Assembly (NCBI GenBank): GCA_951406725.2
Contig: OX597823.1
Coordinates: 74,338,001 to 74,402,000, forward strand
Direction: 5' to 3'
Length of the DNA: 64,000 nt
Source of the DNA: Octopus vulgaris
Lineage: Eukaryota
The notes under the pieces: generated by a model
Seen by the model: the letters and a program-made list of their open reading frames with translations, nothing else
The model's database searches: none
What the model was told of the DNA's origin: nothing
Part shown: positions 40,310 through 54,094 of the stretch, in pieces
How positions within the stretch are numbered: the stretch's first letter is position 1
Layout of the letters: each line of letters starts with the position of its first letter
Translations under genes and position numbers: made by a program

Positions 40310-40470
40310 ATAGATAGAGGCATTTCGCCCGTCTTTACATTTTGAGTTCAAATTCCGCCGATATCAACTTTGTTTTTTCTCATTTCAGGGTTGGTAAAAC
40401 AAGCCCTGGATTTGATGTAATCAATTTAACCTTTCCGAAATTGCAGGCCTTGAGGCTAAATTTGAAACCG
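40310..40470 (+). mobile_element. SINE family A (5' part missing)
   Basis: gcatttcgcccgtctttacattttgagttcaaattccgccg...gcaggccttgaggctaaatttgaaacc. Confidence 0.8.
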
Positions 40471-40477
40471 ACATAAG

Positions 40478-40915
<438 letters not shown>

Positions 40916-41169
40916 AGTAACAGTAGTAATACAGGGGCATGGACAGTAACGAGCATCGCTGCATCTGTCATGTGTTAGTGATTCCCTATTCCTGGTGGAT
41001 GACACCTTTTTATTACTCAGTTGACAACTCTTCAACCCACAGGGGTCTGTTTCGATAAACGTTGTAGTAAGTGTTTTGCGAGGTCGGACAGCAAATCCTA
41101 CTTCAACTTATTTTTGTCGCCTTTTACGACACGCAGAGCAATTACTGGATCCCTTTTTGACACAACGGT

Positions 41170-41300
41170 CCCCCACACAGTACTAGAACCACGTGAAACG
41201 AAATATTATTCTGAAGAAAACAACACGCCGTCCGGTCAGGAAATCGAACCATGTTCTGTTGATCGTGAATACAACACCCTAACCATTAGGTCATGTGCCT
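41170..41300 (-). mobile_element. SINE family D head fragment
   Basis: cgtgaaacgaaatattattctgaagaaaacaacacgccgtccggtcaggaaatcgaacc...accctaaccattaggtca. Confidence 0.6.
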
Positions 41301-42938
41301 TGCTATATGTTGAAAAATGAATTTTTGAACATCTGTTTCTATTTCTGTTTCCTATATATACAATATCAATCCTGTGACTGGCTTGGCTAACTACTTAAAG
41401 ATACTCTTTTCATAAGTGACTGGACATCGATTCAGCCTTTAATTGATTATGTTGCACAAATGTCAAGTGGTCATAGTATGAGGTAGTGTTTCCTCATGAT
41501 GTAGTCCATATCATTCAAGTCTTGTTGATTCACTGACATACTTGAAATTTCTATTTATATATTTCAATGTAAATTATTAATTATAAATCAAGAGTTTTTG
41601 TATAATTTATTAATGTAATTTAATAGCTCATTGGTCATTTCATATGGCAAATAAGGCCCATTATTTAAAGTTTAGTACTACTTCTAAAATCGCGACAGCA
41701 TTAAGGCTGGCTGGTAAGATAATATATGAAATACAGAGCTGAGATCTAATTATGGCTGGGTTAAATTCGGACATAACTGCATACAGCGTAAATATAAGAA
41801 CTAGACGTCATAGTTACCTATAATACAATAGTACATATATATTGATTTCGTTCTCTATTCCATCTAAGCGTACCATTTGAACGATAATTTGACAATGGCT
41901 CTCCGGGTCGTTAGATAAATATATATTTTGATTATAGATGTCATAGAATTTGTAATTTTATATTACGTTTCTCTGCAATTCAGTAACAACATAGTGATAA
42001 ATAGCCAGTTTCTGTTTCATTTTTAGGGGTTAAATGTCTATTTTTAAGTGGGTTTTTTTTTCAAAATTGGTTAACAACTTTATGTAATATTATATTGTAT
42101 ATTACATATTCTAAACCGATGAAACAGTTAATCGTATTTTTATCATACTAAGTGGTTTGATTTATTTATTATACGATATAGGAGTGTCCTTAATTATATT
42201 TACTCTTATATTTCTATAAGTTTATATGTAAAAATGAACACTTCTGACCGCTCATAAAAGCATATGCTTTCTGATAGGATTCCAACTACTTCAAATATTT
42301 TTTTATGTAAGTATAGTAGTATCATTGCTAATTGTTGTTACTTGAAAAAGATATTGAATTGTTTCAGAAAATTGAAAGAGCATGAAATTATTGTTTGTTC
42401 GCGCTGGGTTTGTATGTACAGAATTATCAAATTTAGGTAGAAAATAGTTTTGGATCCCTCGACAAAGCAAAACTAAAATCAATGAATGATGAAAATAAAA
42501 ATAAAGAATAAGTTGTAGGTTTGCACATGGTTTATATACAGCTGATATATTACACAGTAGTGTATAGAGAGTGATGAGAGAAAGTGAGTATCAGTTCATG
42601 AAAATGGTAGTGGTGTTTGTTTTGCGAAAACATTGGTCTGTAGGAAAAGGTTTACCAGAGAGCAAAGCAGATGGAGAGACAAGGAAAAAGCGAGATAGAT
42701 AGATAGACAGAAAGAGGGAGAAAGATGGTCAGAAAGAGAGATAGACTGACAGATAGAGAGGGAGATACATTGAAGGAGCAAGAGAGACACAGTGCGGATT
42801 GGTCCCTATAGAATCCAATGCGGAAAATATGCAGTTTCTAGAGTTGATGTTCTTGTTAATTTCATCGACATCGCAGGTTGACAGGTAGTTTATCAGCCAA
42901 TGATTTGTGTTGCTTTGTAAAGAGTGGATAGATGACGA

Positions 42939-44204
42939 TACAGAAGTGGGCTGGAAAATTTCTAGGCTCACTATGAAGGATTGATGCTAGAGCTGTGAAA
43001 TCTTGCATGTTTTAATCTCAAATCTTATTAATAACTGCACTACTTCTTTCCCAGTAAAATGATATTTCACTGTTCAATGAAAACTTCAATAGTACCTAGT
43101 AGCGACTTGAAAATATACAAAATTTGGTATCGTGGTATTATCAAGTATCTGCAGGAAAAGGCTTTAGCCAGCCCTCTCCCCCAGGACATACATTGTAACA
43201 TAGTTGTTACATTAGCGCTGACACTGCAGCTTTATCAACCGTACAAAGGTGGGCAGCTAAATTTTGGAGGGAAAGGTGGAACCTGTATAATGATCCAAGG
43301 TCTGGACATCCTGTAACTGCCACCATCGAGGAAAATATTGATTGTATTTACCATATGCTGATGGATGACAAGTGATTGAGAGTAAATCAAGTATCCTATG
43401 CTGTTAGAATATCCTATGATAGAATTTAGAATATTCTGTACAATGAACTTGAGTATGACGAAGGTTTCTGCTTGGTGGACATCACATCTGTAGCTTGTTC
43501 AAAAGCGCACCAAGCTGGTCACATCACTGGAAAATCTGACAGTTCATATTCCAGGATATGTGTTGGATTCATTACTTTAAACCAAATACAAAAGAAACAA
43601 TCCATGCTGTAAAAAACACAAATTCATCTTCAAAGAAGACCTAGAACATTTCGTCTGCAGAGAAGGTGACGGAATTAGTTTTGGGGAATGCAAAAAGGAC
43701 TGTACTTCTTGATTATCTTCAAAAGGGCCACACCATCAAGGAAAAGTACTACGTCAACTTGCCGAAGGAGGTACGAAAGGTTATCAAGAGCAAACAACCA
43801 GGAAAACTGAAGAAAAATGTCAGGTTTCATCAAGACAATACTTCAGCACACGTCCTTCGTTTCAAGGGTTACTATGCTTGACTGTAGCTGTAAACTGTTT
43901 GATAGCCTTCCTTATTCTTCTGATTTGGCCACGTCTAGCTATCATCTGTCTCTCAACATGAAAAAATAAACAACAAAATACTTGGCTGGGAATCAGTATC
44001 GCACTGATGATGAGATCATGTCTACTGTTGATGATTATTTTTTTTTGACCAACAGGATAAAAGCTTCTTCACCAATGGGATCCGAGCGTTGCAAGAAGTG
44101 TGTGAACCACAAGACAGACTATGTTGAAAAATAAAATCTCATTTGGGCACATTGTACGGGAGTGTCTTGGTCAACCTGCGAACTTTTCAGCTGACGCTCC
44201 TATA
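42939..44204 (+). mobile_element. Approximately full-length (~1.27 kb) degenerate mariner transposon
   Basis: N-terminus KIWYRGIIKYL; DYLQKGHTI...YY..L; FHQDNTSAH; PYSSDLATSSYHL (YSPDLAP motif). Imperfect inverted termini ta-cagaagtgggctggaaaattt / aacttttcagctgacgctcc-ta. Multiple stops and frameshifts. Confidence 0.88.
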
Positions 44205-44351
44205 GTAAAAATAGCTGATATTAGTGGTAGTCAGATTTTTCATTGTCAACGATCATATATATTCTGAATAAAATATCAGGGTTTAGGCTAAGTGAGGTCG
44301 TATGAATCTGTTTTATGATTTAGTAAGATAATGTGGTAGTATGTTGGTGGT

Positions 44352-44669
44352 TTACATCGTGGTTTCTAAAGCTGAGTCCTTACATAAGATGAACATGGGT
44401 ATTCGTGATATTTCCTCGCTTAGGTTACTGCTGGGCTTCATATTTGTTCTAATTCTGTTTAACTTTCTGGTTATGGGAAGTCTGCAATATGTGTACAAGT
44501 ATAAATTGATTGCGGTAAGTTGTATGTTTGTCATTTTGTCTGGTCCTGACCCTCTTGAAGTTTTACATGAATTTGCTATTCGTTGGTTGTCTGAAGAGGT
44601 GAAAATCACGATCTCCGTTGAAGATGTATTTTTTGTTTTACGTTTCGTTTTCTGTTTATAATTTGACAC
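44352..44669 (-). pseudogene. Old LINE RT N-terminal fragment
   Basis: SRGSGPDKMTNIQL (K.PGPD.I-like) followed by IPMFILCK..LE (RPISLL..K.LE-like). Confidence 0.4.
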
Positions 44670-46659
44670 CTAAGTTTTAAGAAACTTCCCGTAAAAATGC
44701 TTGATATAGAATATTCTTTGAGATAATTGTGAGATGGGGAGAGCTTTGAATATTATTATTGTTGATGATGCTAATTGCCATAATGTAGAGTTATAATTTT
44801 GGGATTTATGTTTCGTACAATTATTGGCCACGATTCAATTATTCTATTCTTTATTTGATTGCTTGAGTTCGTTATTCATTCTGGTTGTGTGTAGTTTGAC
44901 ATATCGCGTTAGATTTTATCTCCAAATATCATTGTAGAACCTTTAGCGTGTCGGACAAAATGCCTTGCGGTATTTGCTTAGGCACTTTCCGGTTTGAGAT
45001 CAAATTCTGTCGTTGTCTACTCTGCCCAGTATCCTTGCAGGAACGTTAACATAGAGAACCAGTCAAATACTAGGGTAAATATAATTGATTGTCCACTTTA
45101 TTCAGAGCCGTTCTCTTTATTGTGGTCTCAGATTTATTGCAAGGAAGAAATATTTCTCAATTTCAGAAGTTTGTCATTTTAGAGGCATTGACAGAAAGAC
45201 TATTACATGGGTGATTTGGCAACGTCATTCTGTATATTATCTTGTATATTTAACATTTTGAGATGTACAGTAGCTTTGCAGGAAGATCTGACTGCAATTT
45301 CTTATAAGACAAGAGATTGTATAGAAGGTTCCATAATAAACAACGAATTGTACATGTAACCTATTCAAAATTAATATCCCAATTTCACTTTTAAGCAATC
45401 ATACCAAATATTACACATAAAACTTTAAAATTCATTACATCCAGATTCAAACGAAAATATAAAGAGTAGATGAAGATAACGTATAGATAAGGAAATGTGA
45501 GTAGCATTAATAAAATTGATGTTCAGACGTCTATTAAACGGCGTAGAATGCCAAAGAATTACGAAGCATAGCTATGCAATAAAACAGTAAATTCTGAAAT
45601 TCTGTATTAATTTTGCTTCTCTTGTTTGTTTATTCAAGCATTGTTAATCATAAATTTCGAATATTCAGAAATTGCAACACTTGCTCTTTGCCAATAAATG
45701 AAGAATTTTGAAATTAATGAATTCACCGAAACAAAGGCGTACGCTCGCACACGCACACAAAAATAGATTTATGCTATCCTACACAGAGACACGCACATAT
45801 TCATAGATAGACCGAATCATACAAATATAAATATTTCTAATATATATTTTCGTGAGAAAATATTGTCCTTCATGATAACATCTTCGGTATTGACATTGCG
45901 TTTTCCATACCGTGATTAATTGGGGCATGATTATATGTAGGCATTATGTTTGTTCTTTTGTATTTTGTTGTAATGCACTTGAGCACTGTATACAATATTT
46001 GCGTTATTTTATATATGCATATATATATATATATATATATATATCATACACATAAATATACATGTACATATATATAGCCTATATGTAATGATATGTATGT
46101 ACATACAGACACACGCGCACAGCCACTCACAGCCAAGTAAGAACACAAACACGCACACACACAAACATACCCACATATGAATATATACACACACACACAA
46201 ATACATATATATTAGAATCTAGATATTGAGTTCATACGTGTTCAGTGCAATATAAAAATATATTAAAAATGAATAATAGATATAAATATAAATACTGAAT
46301 AATAAATATAAATCTCTCTAAAGGAGACTACAGCAGCAGTGCTGGGTATTAATAGTTATCGCCAAGCTTACAGGTCAGTCCAGAAAAATAGGACGAACGC
46401 TGCTGTTGATTAGCTCCAAGAGGCCATCGCCTCTAGTTAGCTATGTGACACACAAACCTGAGCCCATTACAACCTTCAAGCAGGAGAGATCATCATCCTC
46501 CCCATGCTGGTTCAGATATCCAGTCTAGTTTCAGGGTATTTGCCCTTTATCAATATGGAGTAATCGAACCCAGTAGGCGTCGTTGTTGACTGTCTGTTCG
46601 AAGGTTTGTATATAGTCAGTGGAACACATCCTGCATTAGTATAAAAAGTAACTAGTATA

Positions 46660-47015
46660 TAAGGAAAAAAGAGTAAAGATCCTCCTTCGGTCATGAATGA
46701 CCATGGGATTGCACCAAGAAATTTACCCTCCAAGGATCAATTCTGGACAAGATTGTTCTTGGAAGACCAGCAGTCAACCGTGAATACCAGCGTCCTCTCT
46801 CCATGTCACTGATGTTACCCAAGGGGTGGAGAGGGGCAAAGGCCGATACAGCTTGGCACCGGTGACGTTGCAACTCATTTTTACAGCCGACTGAACTGGA
46901 GCAACGTGGAATAAAATGTCTTGCTAAATAACACAACGCATATCTCGCTCTGAGAATCGAACTCATTACCTCATGATTGTGAGCCTGATGCTCTAACCAC
47001 TGAACTATAGCCTTC
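46660..47015 (-). mobile_element. SINE with family-D head/CORE-like body and a different tail
   Basis: Head ggctatagttcagtggttagagcatcaggctcac...gagttcgattctc; body gcaagacattttattccacgttgctccagttcagtcggctgtaaaaatgag; tail differs from 14710-14910. Confidence 0.8.
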
Positions 47016-47144
47016 AATATAATATATAAATAACATGTAAATAATATATATATAACATGTATATATATATATATGTATATATATGTGTATATATATATAT
47101 ATATGTGTATATATATATATATACATACATACGTATATATATAA

Positions 47145-47740
47145 CAAGTAATATATTCTTAGCCACTTCAATATGCCTGTCAGCTCAAACGTACTCTACT
47201 GCGATTTTTTAACCCCAAGAGGACATCTCCTTTAGCTCTTTAACGATGCAGAGCTGCATCCGATAAATTGCGAGCAGGAGAGCGAACCACTACCACGTTC
47301 TAGCTAGGGACCAGTAGGCCGGTCCTGGCTTCCGGCAATACAAGTAAAAGCTGTAAAAGACAGGACAAAGAGAATAACACAGTAAAAACAAACGATGAGG
47401 GTTGTTAAGCCAAGACGGTGGAAAAATTATTTTGAACGCATTAAGGAGACAGCTTATGAGAGGGACAGGATAAGCCGTGTTGTCTCGGTGAATATAGCAG
47501 TTGGAAAGATGGCTTCCCTCTGTCAGCGACGAGAGAGTCGAGGAGGGGGAGTAAGAGAGAGGGAACGGTGAAGGGAAGAGGAGAAAAATAGGGAAGGGTG
47601 GGAGAAAAAAACAGAAGGGATGAAGAACAATAGAGGGAGGGAGATAGATAGAAGAGTGCGCATCATAATTAAGATAAAACTTACTTGGAAAAGGATGCGT
47701 GGCGTTCGACCATATAATAATATAAATAATACATAAATAT
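47145..47740 (-). mobile_element. Insert between (TA)n arrays, possibly a Penelope-like element 3' region
   Basis: Flanked by (TA)-rich arrays; pyrimidine-rich minus strand with a degenerate ctgac..gagggaag(ccat)ctttcc hairpin at ~47497-47527 lacking an intact GAAA. Confidence 0.35.
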
Positions 47741-47774
47741 ATGCATATATACATACATATATGTACATACCTAT

Positions 47775-47775
47775 A

Positions 47776-47845
<70 letters not shown>

Positions 47846-47941
47846 TATATGGGTACAGGACATCAAAAAAACGTTGGACACAATGAGAAACGAAAACATA
47901 AAAACAAAAACATGGGAACGAACTTTTTTTTTCAAACAACG

Positions 47942-47976
<35 letters not shown>
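47775..47976. repeat. (TA)n arrays interrupted by a ~100-bp A-rich insert (47843-47943)
   Basis: Direct inspection. Confidence 0.8.
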
Positions 47977-47979
<3 letters not shown>

Positions 47980-49977
47980 GTATGCGTTTATTTATCTACA
48001 CACACACACACACACATAGATACATATTTATAGTTTATTATTTGGCAATCATTCCTGAAGATTAGACATAAACACAACTCAGAAGTATTTGTGAATAGAG
48101 GAGATTATATTTTTGTTGCACAACTTATCTCTCCAAACATTTTTCTCGTCAATTTCATTCGGTTTCATAGTGTAAACCAAAAGAAAAAAACATTGAAATT
48201 GTTTGTGAAATAATGACCATAAACACTGTGGTCTTTGCGTAATTTGTTATTTGTATATGAAAATAACTGTTATTCGTGTTGCTATTACCCTCATTATTAT
48301 TTTCTGGACATTAATTTGCTGAATCGGTCGTAGGATAAGAAGTGATGTATCATGTCTATAAACTAAGTCTGTTTTATATTTTATACATTCTTGGTCGGTG
48401 CAGTAACTACAGTCTGTGAACTATGTCACTTACCTCGATTGTACTTTACCTGACTGTTATAATGTTGTGCCAAAGATAGAAATCTTTATTTCTCTGTTTT
48501 CAAAAGTTTCACGAGTTCCTCACTGCCCGCCTCATTTTCTTCTTTATTTCTCAGGTGTGTATGAAAGACTAAGATTTTTAGTTGAGTGGAAACATAATTA
48601 CAGTGCATCAAATTGGCAGACGTTTTCTTTTTGACAGTCCAATATTGAAAATTTTATCACGATAGGAAGTGACTGCATAGAATATATGTTACGTGCGATA
48701 TGCTATTGATTCGAAAGTGTTTTGTGCTTACTGTTTACTCGTCATAGCCAGTCTTCATCCGACTGTTACTGCCTCTTTCCACACTTTAAAATATACTATT
48801 CGGCTAAACACATCTGCTCTTTTGGAAGTGTTTTTAATATCTACAATCAGATTATTGCCGAGTCCTGGAATTCTACGCACGTTTCCAATAGTACTTCACG
48901 TTTGATTTCATTTGTTCTTGCGCTGCATCTCTGGAAAAAAGATATCACTTAAAGCATTTCGAAGAAATTGCCAAAAGAGCTTCTGCAATTCGAATATTCA
49001 GAAAATAAAATTTACCTTCGTTGCACGGAATAGGATTCCGACTTACTTTCGTGTGACTTAAATTACAAGCAAGTGTTATGTTTATCTTTCTTTACTACCT
49101 TTCATATTTTAGTATATTGAAAAAAAAAAAACGATATACTTACATATATACATATATGCACATATACACACGTCGCGCGCGCACACATACGGGCGCACAC
49201 TACACACACATGGGCACATACATATACGCACACACACATACACACAAATTTCTAAAAATCCCCTTGTAAACACGGTTATACAGCTTGTATACCGATGTAA
49301 ACATTGGCAGAATCACACCTTTAGTTCATATAAGTTATATCTATCATTATATATAATTTACACATTAATTTTCGTCTTACATTTCACATTCACTAGATAT
49401 ATCTTTTTCCAAGACTTTAAGGTTATATTTAATTTACATATCGTTATATACTTCTCATTTATTTGTTTTCTCTTCTTTCTATAGGCTACGTTTGACGTTA
49501 TATACTGCAATGTTGTTTTTTTTAAAAAAAAAAACTTAATAGCGCTCTGTTAATCACTATACAAATCCATCATATTCTGTTAAAATATCGTATTGATGAG
49601 TTTCCATAAAGAGAAGATTACATTGTTTTACACCATTTTATTCATTTGAAATAAAACCAGTGATATCTTCGAAACACGTGTCGGAAGTAGAAGAATTTAA
49701 ATAAGAACTGCGTTTAACTCCATATATTTATTTATTTATATAATACAAAATATTTCACGTAAACCCGGAGTTTCTACCTTTAAAAATAAGGAGTTACACA
49801 CTTTTTACTAGTGTGATTTTTGCTACCCTGGTTACTATTTATCTATTTTTCCGTGTTAATTGTTAACAATAGAAAAATACACACATCTATATACATATTT
49901 ACACACACATATATATATATATATATACATATATATCTGCATATATGTATTTATATATATATATATCTGCATCTATG

Positions 49978-50021
<44 letters not shown>

Positions 50022-50023
<2 letters not shown>

Positions 50024-50121
50024 AAATAAGCAACAAGAATGACTCCGGTAATTTGGTACAAAATGATGTAGTGCGAAGCAATTGTACCAAATTACCGGAG
50101 TCATTCTTGTTGCTTATTTTG
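50022..50121. repeat. Perfect 40-bp inverted repeat with 20-bp spacer, within an insert in (TA)n
   Basis: caaaataagcaacaagaatgactccggtaatttggtacaa (50022-50061) and its exact reverse complement (50082-50121); unique tail to ~50209; (TA)n on both sides. Confidence 0.95.
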
Positions 50122-50209
50122 ATTATAATGACCCCACAAATGGATAACACCATACAAAATTCTGGTGCACCTAAATTAAGTACCATATTCATTCGAATCT
50201 AAATGTTTG

Positions 50210-50302
<93 letters not shown>
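50210..50302. repeat. (TA)n microsatellite
   Basis: Direct inspection. Confidence 0.97.
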
Positions 50303-50304
<2 letters not shown>

Positions 50305-51212
50305 GAAAATTATATATCGGTCTTCTCTCATCTTTTCACAGTATCACTGAACTGGCAATGAAATGCGCAACCAGAAACACTCAGACTATATAAATATTGG
50401 GCATTAATCAATATTTGTTGAGTTTGCTAAAGGTTAAATTATATACAATGCATATATATATACATATATATATATATATATTTCCTTGAGTATGTATCAG
50501 CTACACCAATCACTATTTTGTTAGTCATACTATGTTAAAATAATTTCTCTGTTTAAATGATGATGGCATTAAACGCTACTTTAAAAACGTGTCAGAGTAT
50601 TATTATTAATAATTATATTTGTTGCGCAGCGGAAATTTAACGAAGAATTATTCGTCGTCACAATGATGATTTGTCCTATTGAGAAAACGTATTAAATGAG
50701 GGATTATTATTCTGTAAGTCATTACGTATACTTTGCTTCTCATACATACACAAACGCTCCATTGATTCGTTTCTTCCCTTTAGAAAATTATAGAACAAAT
50801 ATATAGAGGAAACCGGAATTATGTAGGAACAGCAACTGAATACACCGAAATAAACATTTTAATACACAGCCAATTATGTGTGGTTTCGCTCAACCAACTG
50901 CAATCAAGTTGGAATCTTCTACTTTGTATCATTAGTAATTATTTCACAGATGCTCGAGAGGAAAAGATAGGTTCTCGAGACTGGTGGGATTGATGTTATT
51001 AATCTTCCATGTAAAGTATTGAAAACTGTGTCTTTCAAGAACAATGTAAGCAGGGAGGTGATTCCTAGGATCCGATGTATTTCGAAAGAAGGATTGGGCA
51101 TAAACATCAAAATGATTATAAGAAGGTAGGATATGGTATGAGTAAACAAAGGGTGAGGGACTACGTGGCTGGAATTGCCAACTTTACTCCTCACCTAAAT
51201 TTGCTGACATCA

Positions 51213-51489
51213 TTCTTCTTCTTCTTCTTCTTCTTCTTCTTCTTCTTCTTCTTTTTTCTTTTCTTCTTCTTTTTTCTTCTTTTTCTTTTTCTTCTTTTTA
51301 TTTTTCTTCTTTTTCTTTTTCTTCTTTTTCTTTTTCTTCTTTTTCTTTTTCTTCTTTTTCTTTTCTTCTTCTTCTTCTCCCTTCTTCTTCTTCTTCTTCT
51401 TCTTCTTCTCTTTCTTCTTCTTCTTCTCTTTCTTCTTCTTCTCTTTCTTCTTCTTCATCTTCTCCTCTCCTTCCTCTTCTTCTCTTCTT
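51213..51489. repeat. Degenerate (TTC)n/(TTTTTC)n array
   Basis: Direct inspection. Confidence 0.95.
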
Positions 51490-52720
51490 AAGTTAATTTT
51501 TTGGCTCGAAAAAGAAAAAGCAAGGCCATGTAGGGGGACATGGAGTTATGTACAGGGAGGGTGTTCATGCAAAGAGTTCAGGCCATTTCTAGTCAAGAGA
51601 GACTTTGAACCGAGCGGTCGTCGGCATCTTCACTATCTCGTCCGGCAGCTTATTCCACGGATCCGCAACCCGGACGGAGAAAGCCCCTCTCCTTCGATTG
51701 AGATGAAATCGTCGCAGATGGAGCTTTTCGGAATGACCCCACAGCAGACGCTCTGGAGCAGGAGTGAAGAACAGCTCTTTCAAGAGGTTACACTTTCCGC
51801 TTATGATGTTGTGAGCAAGAATGAGATCTCCACGGCGTCGTCGTTTTTCTAGAGAATAATGGTCGAGCGTCTTCAGCCTTTCTTCTTAAGACACATGCTT
51901 GAGACCAAGAACCATGCGGGTAACCACCTTCTGGACTCTTTCGAGATGTTGTATGTCTTTGAGGAGATAAAGAGAAGAGGCTAGAATCCCGTACTCCAAT
52001 ATGGGTCTCACCAGCGTGACATAGAGCGGTAGGAATATGGCTGCTGTGATCATTCCGAATGACCGTCGAATCAAAAACAGAACTCCGCGTGCTTTATTGG
52101 CAGCATGGACGCACTGGGCCGAAGGCATTAAGGAAGAATCCACCAAGATACCAAGGTCCTTTACCTGGTCGGTCCTCTCCAGCAGCAGACGACCCGGCTC
52201 GAAATCAAGTTGAGTTGCAGGAGAGGAGCCAACAGGCAGATGACAGCACTTTGACACGTTCAGACACAGGACCTATTCGTTAGACCATCTCCAAACTTGG
52301 TGGAGGCATCGACGAAGATCATCTATATCACCGCGTGGAGCGACCAGTTTGATATCATCGGCAAATAGAAGGGTGTGTTGCGTGAGGTCATCGAGAAAGT
52401 CATTTATGAAGACTAAAAACAATAAGGGCCCAAGCACTGAACCGAGGCACGCCACTGCTCGCACTGGAGACGTCGGACAGCGAACCATTAACTTGGAATT
52501 GGAAGGAGCGATCTGAGAAGAAGGCACCCATCGTACAATGTCCAGATGGAAACTATATGATTAAAGCTTGACAAGTAATAGGCGGTGGTTAACCGAGTCA
52601 AAAGCTTTGGCAAAGTCCAATAAAACGATGTCAACAGCATCATCCAAGATACGCGTCACCAATTCTTCCATTACCAGTGAGTTGGTCAAGCATGATCTCT
52701 TCGGCACAAAGCCTTGTTGG
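51490..52720 (-). mobile_element. 5'-truncated CR1/L2-group LINE (RT domain and 3' UTR), frameshifted
   Basis: QQGFVPKRSCLTN; LLDFAKAFDSV.H; GSVLGPLLFLVFINDF; LLFADDIKL; KDLGILVD; LYVTLVRPILEY; LERVQK; FSVRVADPWNKLP. Both ends abut (TTC)n. Confidence 0.95.
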
Positions 52721-52988
52721 CTTCTTCTTCTTCTTCTTCTTCTTCTTCTTCTTCTTCTTCTTCTTCTTCTTCTTCTTCTTCTTCTTCTTCTTCTTCTTCT
52801 TCTTCTTCTTCTTCTTCTTCTTCTTCTTCTTCTTCTTCTTCTTCTTCTTCTTCTTCTTCTTCTTCTTCTTCTTCTTCTTCTTCTTCTTCTTCTTCTTCTT
52901 CTTCTTCTTCTTCTTCTTCTTCTTCTTCTTCTTCTTCTTCTTCTTCTTTTCTTCTTTTTCTTTTCTTCTTCTTCTTCTTCTTCTTCTT
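52721..52988. repeat. ~270-bp (TTC)n microsatellite
   Basis: Direct inspection. Confidence 0.97.
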
Positions 52989-53063
52989 GTCATTATTATT
53001 ATTACTTATATTTCTTTCCGTTATAACTTTATTTCAGCTTATTACTATCTTTATCCTGATTAC

Positions 53064-53132
<69 letters not shown>

Positions 53133-53135
<3 letters not shown>

Positions 53136-53501
53136 GGGTACACGATGCACATGCACCACAACCATATATACGCGACATAGTGATCTCATATCAAGATAAG
53201 CATGACCTTGGAGATGGGGCTCCCGTTAGTATTTTCCTCTGGTCGAGTAGCTCATCCCGCACAAAAGGTCCCTGAATAAGGGTTGTTTAAGGATGTTGAA
53301 CAAAATACCCATGTTTCCAAATTGGATTTATCCAAACCCTCTCCTCACATACTTATGATGCTCCCCAACTTCCTCTACTCGTGATCAGAAAAGCATTCGT
53401 CAGCCACTAAGGGACATGATTCACTGGTTAAGGTCAAACAATTGACAAGCAAATCTGCAGTATTGGGCAGAATATTTGCTGTAGCACATCTTTTATACCA
53501 A
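53133..53501. mobile_element. (TTA)n-associated element, copy 2 (truncated both ends)
   Basis: Collinear with 54444-54830; flanked by TTA repeats. Confidence 0.88.
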
Positions 53502-53513
53502 ATTATTATTATT

Positions 53514-54030
53514 TAATGGGTACAGATTCGATGCCATGCACTACAGCAGTAGCTCGACAGAACTTGCTGAACATTTCGTTTCAAACAACTGCAATTTTGA
53601 AAAAGACTTGAAAGTGCATAGTCTCAGAAAATATTCACTTTCCCTTCTCAGAATGCATGAGGAGAAATATGATTTCGGGTTATTAACATCACGCCCTGGA
53701 GGAAAGAATAAAATTGCAGGAGTTATACAAAACTGTTTGATTAAATATTCTTCTTTTCCCTTTTCTTTTTTTTTTCTTTTTTTCCTTCATCATTTTTCTG
53801 TCTTTTTTCTGTCTTTTTCTTTTCGCCTGTTATAAAATTGAAACTTATAAACTGATGATGCCATTCCATCAATTATGGATGATGGTTGCTGTCGTTCATA
53901 CTTTACATTTAACTTTCTATAATTTTGAATTTTTATCACCTCTTATTTTGAACTTGACAAAGAGAGACTTACTGTCGAAATATCGGTCAACCAATAAAAT
54001 ATCTATTTCAATCGAATCGCACTTCGTCTT
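53514..54030 (+). mobile_element. Penelope-like element 3' end (GIY-YIG C-terminus plus 3' UTR)
   Basis: NGYRFD...LAEHF...DLKVH.LRK...LRMHEEK...LLTSRPGG.N; matches 56039-56264 and the reverse complement of 54950-55381. Confidence 0.8.
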
Positions 54031-54047
54031 GACAATTATTATTATTA

Positions 54048-54086
<39 letters not shown>

Positions 54087-54094
54087 TTAATAAC

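Noticed and set aside
50022-50121. Hairpin as a microRNA precursor (also 63031-63160)
   Set aside because: Perfect arms without bulges, embedded in (TA)n with element-like tails; no recognised mature miRNA sequence.
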